DNA of 63,886 nucleotides, counting the filler, from Octopus bimaculoides (taxonomy: Eukaryota), in assembly GCF_001194135.2 (NCBI RefSeq). It is 4 parts of 4 records of this genome, joined end to end, with 100 filler letters (N's around TTAATTAATTAA, not from the genome) between each part and the next. Parts side by side here need not be neighbours in the genome. Positions count along the whole stretch, not along the records: positions 46,358 to 63,886 come from NC_068990.1; 3 more parts are not named here. One strand, given 5' to 3'. Shown piece by piece: positions 53,670 through 63,886 of this stretch. Every line of letters starts with the position of its first letter. Position 1 is the first letter of the stretch. Under the pieces are notes generated by a model, which made no database searches, was not told where the DNA came from, and worked only from the letters and a program-made list of their open reading frames with translations. The position numbers and the translations under genes were made by a program.

Positions 53670-53829
53670 CTCTGTCACCTACAATCATGAACTGCGTTTT
53701 TCTGTGTGGATTGTATTTTATCTCGAAAGGACAGTTTATTCGTACAGTTTTGGCTCTATTTGTACCAATTTTCATGACAGTACATGCGAGGAAGTCAAGA
53801 AGTTGAATAGAAGCCAGCACATTCGTTTT
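53670..53829 (-). other. candidate coding exon (minus strand)
   Basis: ttttcaacattttcgtcAG| then KTNVLASIQLLDFLACTVMKIGTNRAKTVRINCPFEIKYNPHRKTQFMIV and G|GTGACA; boundaries approximate. Confidence 0.25.
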
Positions 53830-54770
53830 CTGACGAAAATGTTGAAAATGTTTCCATTGAGCCAGTATCTCATTAGAATACATGAAACCCATTAAAGAGT
53901 AGCTTCAGTAGATCGCGTAACAGCAAGTTGAATCGATCGCAACACAAGGTTATTGAATATTTTATCAACACCATATAAATAACAGGTAAAACCTAGCTCG
54001 TCAGAACAGGAATAGAGAATTTATAGGGGGAAGACTAAATAGTAAAATAGTGTGGCAGGTGTGGCTGTATGGCACGAAGTATGCTTCCTAACCCCATGGT
54101 TTCGGGCTCAGTTCGAATGACGCCTTGGGAAAGTATCTTCTACTATAGCCTCGAGCCGACCAAAGCCTTGTGAGTGGATTTGGTAGACGGAAACTAAAAG
54201 AAACAAGTCGTATNNNNNNNNNNNNNNNNNNNNNNNNNNNNNNNNNNNNNNNNNNNNNNNNNNNNNNNNNNNNNNNNNNNNNNNNNNNNNNNNNNNNNNN
54301 NNNNNNNNNNNNNNNNNNNNNNNNNNNNNNNNNNNNNNNNNNNNNNNNNNNNNNNNNNNNNNNNNNNNNNNNNNNNNNNNNNNNNNNNNNNNNNNNNNNN
54401 NNNNNNNNNNNNNNNNNNNNNNNNNNNNNNNNNNNNNNNNNNNNNNNTATATATATATATATATCTTAGTCTTTTTGTCTGCATTTGTTCCCACTACCGC
54501 TTGACAACCGGTGTTTGTGAGTTTACGTCTTCGTAACTTAGCGGTTCGACAACAAAGATATCGATAAACATTAAAAAAAGTACTGGGAGTCAATTCGTTC
54601 GACTAAAAATTCTTCAAGGCAGTGCCCCAGTATGGCAGTAGTCCAATGAGTGAAACAGGTAAAAGATAAAAGTCTGAGTTCCTACTTTGTCTACCACCCC
54701 ACTATACCTAAGATCTTGGCAACTAAACCAAAGTTACATATATGCTAGTTTCCTATAGTAGATTTGATAC

Positions 54771-54885
54771 CAATATCTTCTGAACTTTGACCACATTGGA
54801 CACTGATTCCATATTGTCAACAAAGAATTGGAATACTTGCGAGTGGAAACCCTTTAATTTGAATACGTTCTGCATCGCATAAAAG
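54771..54885 (-). other. candidate coding exon (minus strand), 115 nt
   Basis: ctgtagtcAG|, frame FYAMQNVFKLKGFHSQVFQFFVDNMESVSNVVKVQKIL, weak donor |GTATCA. Confidence 0.25.
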
Positions 54886-55364
54886 CTGACTACAGCAGCA
54901 AGCCAGTGTGAAAATTTCAAGAGGTAGTGAATAAATGTTGTTGCTGTTCTTGAAGCAGAATATCAATAATCTGTTGATTGTACTTAAGTTGCACTGTGAA
55001 AGGTATTATGAAATCGTATTTTGATTCAGGAATATGTGAACCAATCTAAATAGATAGGGTTATGTATTTCTGATTCAAAAAAATTTAGGTATGAAGGAGA
55101 ATTCAAATAATCCTTTCTGTTAGAGGAACAACACCTGAAATCTTGAGGAGCGCTCTACTAGTCTTTATTTTATAGACCCCCGAAAGGATGAAAGGCAAAG
55201 TCGACCTCGGCGGAATTTGAACTTAGAATGAAGGAGAAATCAAACAATAAAAATATTTTCTGATGATGCAAAAAAAAAAAGGCCAGCTCGATTATCTCCC
55301 CTTTTTGCAAACATGCTAGTAGAGAGCAGGCATCTTCTTTTAATTAGCAGAAAGTTCACCATAC

Positions 55365-55454
55365 TTGACTATATTTCCTTTGGCACGAACAAGGGAGAAT
55401 ACGTCACAATTTTTGTTGTATTTAATACTCTTGGCAATTTCTTGAAAGAAGGAT
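55365..55454 (-). other. candidate coding exon (minus strand), 90 nt, symmetric phase 2
   Basis: ttctgtacttttgggtttcAG| ... AA|GTATGG; the only open frame is SFFQEIAKSIKYNKNCDVFSLVRAKGNIV. Confidence 0.38.
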
Positions 55455-57620
55455 CTGAAACCCAAAAGTACAGAATTAAGTTAGAAAAAGTAGCTAGAAA
55501 AACAAAACAAAAACANNNNNNNNNNNNNNNNNNNNNNNNNNNNNNNNNNNNNNNNNNNNNNNNNNNNNNNNNNNNNNNNNNNNNNNNNNNNNNNNNNNNN
55601 NNNNNNNNNNNNNNNNNNNNNNNNNNNNNNNNNNNNNNNNNNNNNNNNNNNNNNNNNNNNNNNNNNNNNNNNNNNNNNNNNNNNNNNNNNNNNNNNNNNC
55701 AAAAAGCAAAAGTCTTGCGAGACCTGTAATTTTGTTCACTTAAACGAACAACTTCTGTTCTTTAAAACGTACAACTTTTGTTCTTTAAAATACACAATTC
55801 ATCACTTCAAGGTCTTCTTATTATTCTTAATTGAGTGATGTTTTGTTAGTAAATTTTACGAAAGTGAGTTCATTTTTTTGAAATGACGAATCATGTAGCG
55901 ACTTGACCACAACATAAAACTTAGTTAGTATAGCTCACTGAGAAGAGCAAAACAGCTACTTGTCATTTTGAAAGAATCGTTGCGCCTTTCGGGTCTTAGT
56001 GCACAGCTCTTGTAATGCTTGTAATGCGTAAAAATGCATTGGAAGGAAGCATTGGTGAAATAAGAATTGTGTGCTTTGTTCTCGGTTACAAGTACGAATA
56101 GAAATTGTCTTCTACCAGGTACATTGTCATATTTACTATTCTTTATTATACTATTATACAGAAAAAAAAAGTATTTAGACAAAAGGACAAAACTAGTTGC
56201 GTGTTAAGTGGAAGCAAGAAAACTACAAAAGATGCTGTTAATATATTTGAAAGTACAGCTGTGTTCTACATAATGAAATGGCAATAAGATTGCACAGCAG
56301 TACAAGAATACAAGACACAATACGATGATGGAGAAAACGATGCCATTTATCGCAATGACCTTTTTTTTAAAATCAATGTAATCTTATATATACTTAGATA
56401 TATAGTTGGTTCCTTTTCAACAGTTCAAGAGTACTTTTCGGTTCTTTATATATATATATATATATATTTTATAGATATTGATATATATACGATTGCATAC
56501 NNNNNNNNNNNNNNNNNNNNNNNNNNNNNNNNNNNNNNNNNNNNNNNNNNNNNNNNNNNNNNNNNNNNNNNNNNNNNNNNNNNNNNNNNNNNNNNNNNNN
56601 NNNNNNNNNNNNNNNNNNNNNNNNNNNNNNNNNNNNNNNNNNNNNNNNNNNNNNNNNNNNNNNNNNNNNNNNNNNNNNNNNNNNNNNNNNNNNNNNNNNN
56701 NNNNNNNNNNNNNNNNNNNNNNNNNNNNNNNNNNNNNNNNNNNNNNNNNNNNNNNNNNNNNNNNNNNNNNNNNNNNNNNNNNNNNNNNNNNNNNNNNNNN
56801 NNNNNNNNNNNNNNNNNNNNNNNNNNNNNNNNNNNNNNNNNNNNNNNNNNNNNNNNNNNNNNNNNNNNNNNNNNNNNNNNNNNNNNNNNNNNNNNNNNNN
56901 NNNNNNNNNNNNNNNNNNNNNNNNNNNNNNNNNNNNNNNNNNNNNNNNNNNNNNNNNNNNNNNNNNNNNNNNNNNNNNNTATATGTGTGTGTGTATACAT
57001 TTATGATTATATATGTTTTTATATGTATATATATATATATATATATTTTATAGATATTGATATATATACGATTGCATACATAGATACATAGATACACACA
57101 CATATAGAGAGATAAATATGCGTGTATTTACATGTGTATATATGCATAATACACACACACCACACACACGCACGCACCCACGCATACACACACATACACA
57201 CACACTCATATATATGCATATTGGTGTGCATGTATATATATGCGTGTGTCTGCATGCATAATACATACATGTGTACATTTACATACAAACGCACACAGAG
57301 ACACACAACCACACACACATGACAAGTTTCCATGCAGTTTCCGTCTACCAAATTCCATACATGAAACATTTATGTCGACCCCATAAAGCCGATGTTTATA
57401 AGGTAATCTTCTGAAAGTAGCGGTTTGAGAAATCGATTCCGATAAAATAAGTACTAGCCTTAAAAATAATGACTGGCATCCATATGCTATCTGTCTCATC
57501 AAATAAACTTATTCGAACATATCAATGATCAGCAATTAATTGATAATCTATAAGATCGATTTAAACAAAACAAGCCGTTCACCTATCATGGTTGCAGTCC
57601 AATGACTAAAAGACGTAAAG

Positions 57621-57683
<63 letters not shown>

Positions 57684-57866
57684 GTAGATAAAGGATTATA
57701 GGTGTAAAGAATGCATTTATATGAGGTGTTGCATATATTTACAAGATGTTAATAGAACTTTACAGCTGTTTCAGATATTCAGTGAACGGTTGATATTATA
57801 ATGCATACTGTGCGAAGAGGTGTACATTATGAAGTGGTATTACTCAAAAGCATATAAACAAACATA

Positions 57867-59235
57867 CGAGGGGATAACAAAAGATTCTCGGACTAGTTAT
57901 GGTTAATAAGACATAACTCATTTACCTAAGTTTTAACATAATCTCCTTCGGAATGGTCACCTTTCGCAGCAAAACACCGGTCCCAGAATTCCTGCCGCTT
58001 ATGGAATCCGGCCTGGAAGTCGTTTTCCTTAAGCGAATCGAGGACTGTCTGCGATTCGCTCTTGATCTCGACAATGGTGCTATAACGACGACCTTTGGAC
58101 TACAGTTTCATCTTGGGGAAGCGATGGAATTCCGCAGGCGCTAAATCTGGTGAATAGGGCGGGTGTGTAAGTGATACCATGTTGCTTTTNNNNNNNNNNN
58201 NNNNNNNNNNNNNNNNNNNNNNNNNNNNNNNNNNNNNNNNNNNNNNNNNNNNNNNNNNNNNNNNNNNNNNNNNNNNNNNNNNNNNNNNNNNNNNNNNNNN
58301 NNNNNNNNNNNNNNNNNNNNNNNNNNNNNNNNNNNNNNNNNNNNNNNNNNNNNNNNNNNNNNNNNNNNNNNNNNNNNNNNNNNNNNNNNNNNNNNNNNNN
58401 NNNNNNNNNNNNNNNNNNNNNNNNNNNNNNNNNNNNNNNNNNNNNNNNNNNNNNNNNNNNNNNNNNNNNNNNNNNNNNNNNNNNNNNNNNNNNNNNNNNN
58501 NNNNNNNNNNNNNNNNNNNNNNNNNNNNNNNNNNNNNNNNNNNNNNNNNNNNNNNNNNNNNNNNNNNNNNNNNNNNNNNNNNNNNNNNNNNNNNNNNNNN
58601 NNNNNNNNNNNNNNNNNNNNNCGTAACACACTTCGACGCGATGTTCTTTCTGTTCAGTGGTCAGCAGGCGGGGGAAAAATTTGGCAGAGACATGCCGCAT
58701 GTTCAATTCAGACGTTAGGATTGCCTGCAGGAACCCATACGACAGACCAAAAACATTAGCAATGTCATTGATTATCCTCCGATGACCCTCATGTATAAAC
58801 TGATGAATTTCTTCCACATTTCCAAGGGTGATTGATGCTTGTGGCAGGTCTTCCAGATCGTCTATCTTCTTCAAGGGACGTTCTTCCGCTTTTGAAGCAC
58901 CCGTGCTACTCGGAACATTGCGTACGACCCATTGTCTCGTCACCGTAAGCTTGAAGAAGCATCCTGAATGTCTCTGTAGCAGACTTCCCATGTTTAACAC
59001 AAAATTTCATGCTGGCTTTTTATTCCAACTTCCTGTCCATGATAAAATAGTAGATTACAGCAGACTACGTGATCACAAAAACACAAATTTCACAACTTGC
59101 GAAGTAAACGCAGTGATGTCACTCGGCACACAACCTCATGAAGGTCACTGATAGCTCTCCCTGTGCACGCAACCACGTGCTGCCATCTGTTGACGCGCTA
59201 CAGAACTAGTCCGGGAACTTTTTAATACCACATCG
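57867..59235 (-). mobile_element. full-length inactivated mariner of a second subfamily
   Basis: Imperfect ~30-bp TIRs (cgaggggataacaaaagattctcggactagtt vs reverse-complemented cgatgtggtattaaaaagttcccggactagtt) with TA flanks. The transposase remnant reads ELNMRHVSAKFFPRLLTTEQKEHRVEVC..HPPYSPDLAPAEF. Confidence 0.9.
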
Positions 59236-59672
59236 TATTATCCACACACACGAATTTTGACACATGACTACTTTCAAGCGACATAAGAAGGACCAATGGC
59301 AAACGAACGATGAGGGATCTAGGTTACGTTTGGTGGAATAAAAATGTTTGATAGCGAACATATTAATTGTGGATTGATAATTACGTTGAAGTGTGAAATT
59401 GATTTAAGGATGTTAAAGAAAATTTTAGGTAGAGGCTTAAATTGTAAACAGAAAGGTAGCACGAACCACAAAATCTCATAATCTTATATTTGCAGTATAA
59501 TATCAAATATTCCCGTAATATTTGAACCAGTTCTAAAAGATATATTTACATCCTGTAAATATAAGTATATATACATATATTTATTTGGTGATATAATTGC
59601 ATTCTTTGCACCTACAATTGTTTATCCATCTTTCATACATGCGCGTGTGTGTGTGTGTGTGTATAATATATA

Positions 59673-59766
<94 letters not shown>

Positions 59767-60859
59767 TAACGTGGTTATGTTCAAGTTTGATATTTTTAAA
59801 GGATATTTTATCTTTCCTAATTCATTCTTTGTGTTTTGCTTGAAACAATAGCCTCCCCAAATCCATTAGGTTGACATTCCGAGATGTTCACAATTTATTT
59901 CATTTCCAATATAATCTGTTGTAATGGCGTATAGTCCGCGCGTTCTGCGGTAAGTCACAAAGCGCTTTGCAAATATTTTTATCAATGATAAAATTCTCAA
60001 CGCTAGATCTAAAATTATCTAATAGTAAATCCTTGTAGATTTCATTTATCATGCAATTTTGTTTTACGTATGATGCATCTGTGTGTTTAGAATATAATTG
60101 TATTTTGCTATTAGTAATTAGCTTATTCTTCTCAACTTCTGTGGAATTCTGTATAAAATTGTAATGCCGTCAACTATCGTTTTTCTATGTTATTTTTTAT
60201 CCACCTTTATTTTGTATACTGCATTATAATGAGCAGCAATATCTCCTTGTAAATGTAAAGGTATTCCCGAATGCCTTTTCACTTATAATGGAAATATGAT
60301 AGAAAATAAAACAGAAAATATTTCTTCAAAATTTCCATTCCTTAAAATACATTTTTGGAATCTTTAGAACACTTTTTCTTGAACACATTTTCTGCGAAGA
60401 AAAGGACGACTGCTTCGTTAAATCCATTCTGGCGTAGATATAAGAATGTTGCTAATTATGGAGAGGAGTTTTGTATTCGAACATGAATGGCAGTTTCAGT
60501 CAAATGCCTGAAACAAGTTAAGCTGAAAGATAAGAAGCAGAAGATAGAAGATAGTCTATTGTAGATATAATAGATTATGTTTTATGCTGCATAGTATATA
60601 AATAACCCTAGTATGACCTAAACAATATCTAAACTTAATGTAAAGTGTGTTTTCGTTTTAAACCCAAAATGGTAAGCGAACGCTATAAGGAGGTAGACTT
60701 AAACGATTTTGAACTCACTTTGATTTACATACGCATACAAAGAACTAACTTTAGGCTCTACAGCGTGATTTTATAATGGTCAAATATTACTTCCTCAGCA
60801 ATTTCACATATACTACTTTACTTTGGCCAGGCCCACACCCGGTCCTTGAAGATAGGACC

Positions 60860-61260
60860 ATTTTGCCAAGCATATTGATCCAGCATCGCCACCTTCAGTT
60901 TGTGGATAGAATCCAATCCTGTGTCCTCCTCCAGGTTTCAATAAGTGTCAGACGACGTTTTTCACGCTTGCCGGTACCATGCTGCGGGGCCTTACTCAAA
61001 ACTAGTACATCTATGAGTACCTGCGAGTATTTTTTTGAATCTGCAGAACTATAAAGAACCATCTTCTGGGGAAAAATCCTTTAAGTATTAATAGACTGCC
61101 AGAATAGTCTTTACTAAAAGCCTTCCTTTTAGAAGTATCTGGAAGAGGTATCGTATTTGGAGTCCAACGAAGGCATTTGCTAATCTCCATGTTATGTCTT
61201 TTGTCTTTTGGATGTCAAATAACTCTGTGTAACACGATTTTTGTCCTTGGGTAACAACTG
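60860..61260 (-). mobile_element. RTE-clade LINE 3' ORF remnant
   Basis: LVL..PQHG.GKR..RRLTLIET..DTGLDSIHKLKVAMLDQYAW (frame-broken) resembles the RTE C-terminus. Confidence 0.55.
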
Positions 61261-61768
61261 TTATTTCCTATTTCCTATTTGCTCGCCTCTAGAAGGTATG
61301 AAAAATGGCTAATATTTCCTTCAAACTTTGCTTTTTGTTACGATATTTATTCAAACTCCAAAGAATCCCTCTCAACAAATGGCTATGATGCTCCCCTTCT
61401 ACTCCTGCTTACGATCAGAAATGCACATATTGTCAGCCACTAAGGGACATGCTCAAATGGTTAAGGTCAAGCAACTGACAAGCAAATCTGTGCTATTGAG
61501 CAGAATGGTTGCTATAAGGATATTTCTGCTTCAGCAATCAGCTCTGAATCTGTCTGAAATGTAATGGAAAATAGGTCAATTTCAAAACATTGATGTTCAA
61601 GCCGCAAATGCCCCAGCATGACCACGTTCTAATGACTGAAACAAATAAAACGCAAAAAAAAAAAATGTATAAAGGGTTAAATTATGGAGAAAGAGCACCC
61701 CCTTTGCATAAGTACCTCCCCAAAGAAACAAAGAAAAAGAAAGAAGGGGAGGGTTAAATCGCAGACGA

Positions 61769-62100
61769 TGGAGTGGGAAGGGAATAACGGTTGTCTGGGA
61801 CTCGACGTGTCGCGACACATTCTCCGGGTCCAGCCTTGCTGCATAGGCCGCAAACTCGGGTATCGCCATCCGTAACGCAAAGGAGCGGAAGATAAACGAA
61901 TACAGGAGCCTGACCAACCGCTATCAGCTTGTAACTATCGCATTCGAGAACTCAGATGTTTTCGGACTCCGCACTGCTGATTCCCACCGCAAAATCGGGA
62001 TATTTGCGGCTCATCTGAGAAATGCGTCCCGCGAGTTAATGGGTAGCTGTTGTCGCTGGCCATTCCCCCATGGCAACACTTTTGCAATCATGTCCGTGAG
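61769..62100 (+). mobile_element. CRE-clade non-LTR retrotransposon REL-endonuclease fragment
   Basis: VVWDSTCRDTFS..NAKERKINEYRSLTNRYQLVTIAFENSDVFG..(frameshift)GNTFAIM matches the WD.TC.DT / E..K..KY..L / P.A.ET.G..G / QRGNA pattern of CRE elements; one in-frame stop. Confidence 0.72.
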
Positions 62101-63263
62101 GCGTGCTTGAATTAGAATTCGAGACAAAAACAGCGAAATGACAGAATCGTTAGAGCTTCCGAGCAAAATGACTTGCAGTTGTACCAACTCTTTACGTTTT
62201 CTGAGTTCAAATGTCACCGAGGCCAGCTTAGCCTTTAATCTGTCCAGGGTCAAGTACTAGAGTCAATATAATCAACTTTACCTTCCCTGCCACCTCTAAT
62301 CAATCAACCAACAAACCAACCAACTAACCAGCCAACAAGCCAGCCAAAATTTCTGGCATTGTGCCTGTATTAGAAATCATTATTATTGTCAAACCTTTAA
62401 AGGTTTAGAGGCATTATTTGTTATTCTTATGAGTAACGATAGTTGTTGCTATAGTAATAACGGTAGAAAGTTTATAGCCATTGATAGCCGTTTCTATAGT
62501 AACGATGGCTGTTAATATAGTAATGTTGTTATAAGCAGGTGTGGGTGTTGTTGTTGTTGTTGTTGTATTCAGGTAACTGTTGCTAATGAAACGCTGACTG
62601 TTGCTATGGGAATACCGCTACCGAAAACAAGATGCTGAAGCAGAAGCAGTCGGACATTGTGTGATAACGGTTAAATTTTGAGATGATAAGATAAAATAAA
62701 ATGGCTACTTTATGCAATTTCTCCCTTTTGGAATGTATCCAAAATCCTCGCTTCTCTCACCATAACAGGTAATATTGTTTTACACACGCATACACACACA
62801 CGCCACGCCACACACCCACACACAAACACACGCCACGCCACACGCGCGCACACACACACATTCATGCGTAAATGCATATACGTATATACACACACGCATA
62901 TACACATATACATACGTACGTACATCACTATTCTTGTCTGGAATGCAGAGAAAGATTTATTTACACGCAAAAGCGATATCAAAGTGCGAGAGATGATTAG
63001 TTTTCTCTGCGAACGCATGAAGACTTTTCTTTTACTGAACATCAGTTTAATTACATCTTTTCTTCTTCGTCTTTCATGATAATCTTCACCACCATCACAG
63101 CCACCAACATCACCATCATCATCAATCACCATCAATCACCATCATCATCATCATCATCACTATCAATCGCCTTCTTCTTCTTCTTCTTCTTCTTCTTCTT
63201 CTTCTTCTTCTTCTTCTTCTTCAATTTAAATTATTTATTTCTCAGCTAGCTACCTTACGAATA

Positions 63264-63833
63264 CTAGAACTAACCGAGTAGCCCGTCGTTGCTGGGCAAA
63301 TTTCACAATAGAATGCCTTTATTTAATTTTTTTTATTGTATGCCAGACCATGTCCTCCCCGACGGATAGGCCTGTTGATGAGGACGGATTTTCGCCAAAA
63401 ATTTCGTTGAGGACTTTTCCCTTTTAAAATTACTTACATGACTGTTCGACCGTTTCACATGACTTTGTTCATTAAAACATATTAACACTTCAGAACTTCT
63501 TACAACTTTCGTTGTCGTAATGTTTTGTTTTCATTTTGTTTAAAGAAAAAATTTCGTCGTCGTAATGCTTTGTTTTCATTTTGTGACAACTATCACGCAG
63601 AAAATGCCAGCTTCCAAAACCTGTTTTCTTATTAGATAAAAATGACCAAACTTTAAATCTCTGTATAACTTTTTCTATGATTTTACTGGAACAACTAAAT
63701 AACAAAATCGGATTCAGCGTGAAAAATTACACCAATATACCAAATTTGAAAATTTTCCTTAATTTTAAAATTCAAAATCTATGACAGCAACAGAAAAGAC
63801 CTGAGAGAGGTGGATAGACTGAGAGTTATAAGA
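63264..63833 (-). mobile_element. non-autonomous Helitron-like element, 570 bp
   Basis: Minus strand A|TCTTATAAC ... GCCC-agcaacgac-GGGC hairpin (63297-63281) ... CTAG|T. It sits in an AT target with no TSD and has an internal ~33-bp direct repeat. Confidence 0.55.
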
Positions 63834-63842
63834 TGCCCCCGG

Positions 63843-63886
<44 letters not shown>

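Noticed and set aside
56417-57103. Sequence duplicated on both sides of N gaps (e.g. 56450-56500 vs 57035-57080; 42765-42812 vs 42823-42870)
   Set aside because: Typical contig-end overlap artefact at microsatellite-bounded gaps rather than a true duplication.

Overview
Repeat-rich, AT-rich, gap-riddled animal genomic DNA. The repeat landscape (tRNA-headed SINE families, massive (TA)n/(CA)n/(ATT)n microsatellites) looks like a coleoid cephalopod, probably Octopus; this is inference from recalled repeat families, not a database hit. The only confidently identifiable gene is a TMEM151-family gene on the + strand. Its large terminal coding exon (4489-7218) starts at a clear splice acceptor, and its first exon is not visible. 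The rest is a mobile-element mosaic: at least four tRNA-derived SINE families; R4/Dong-like, CRE-like, RTE-like and CR1-like LINE remnants; three Tc1/mariner elements plus a MITE; a hAT MITE with perfect TIRs and TSD; Helentron-type (HINE) and Helitron-like elements. The most striking observation is a tRNA-headed SINE-like element on the - strand (19125-19356) carrying a core-intact minimal type I hammerhead ribozyme (19185-19230). A second, core-mutated hammerhead of a different sequence family lies at 28553-28589. Several phase-compatible exon-like segments on the - strand (15-56 kb) may belong to an unrecognised second gene. Three TTAATTAATTAA-in-N spacers mark artificial scaffold joins, so long-range adjacency is not guaranteed. 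No CRISPR array, rRNA or bona fide tRNA gene was seen. Nearly all ORFs in the supplied track are microsatellite or N-gap artefacts.
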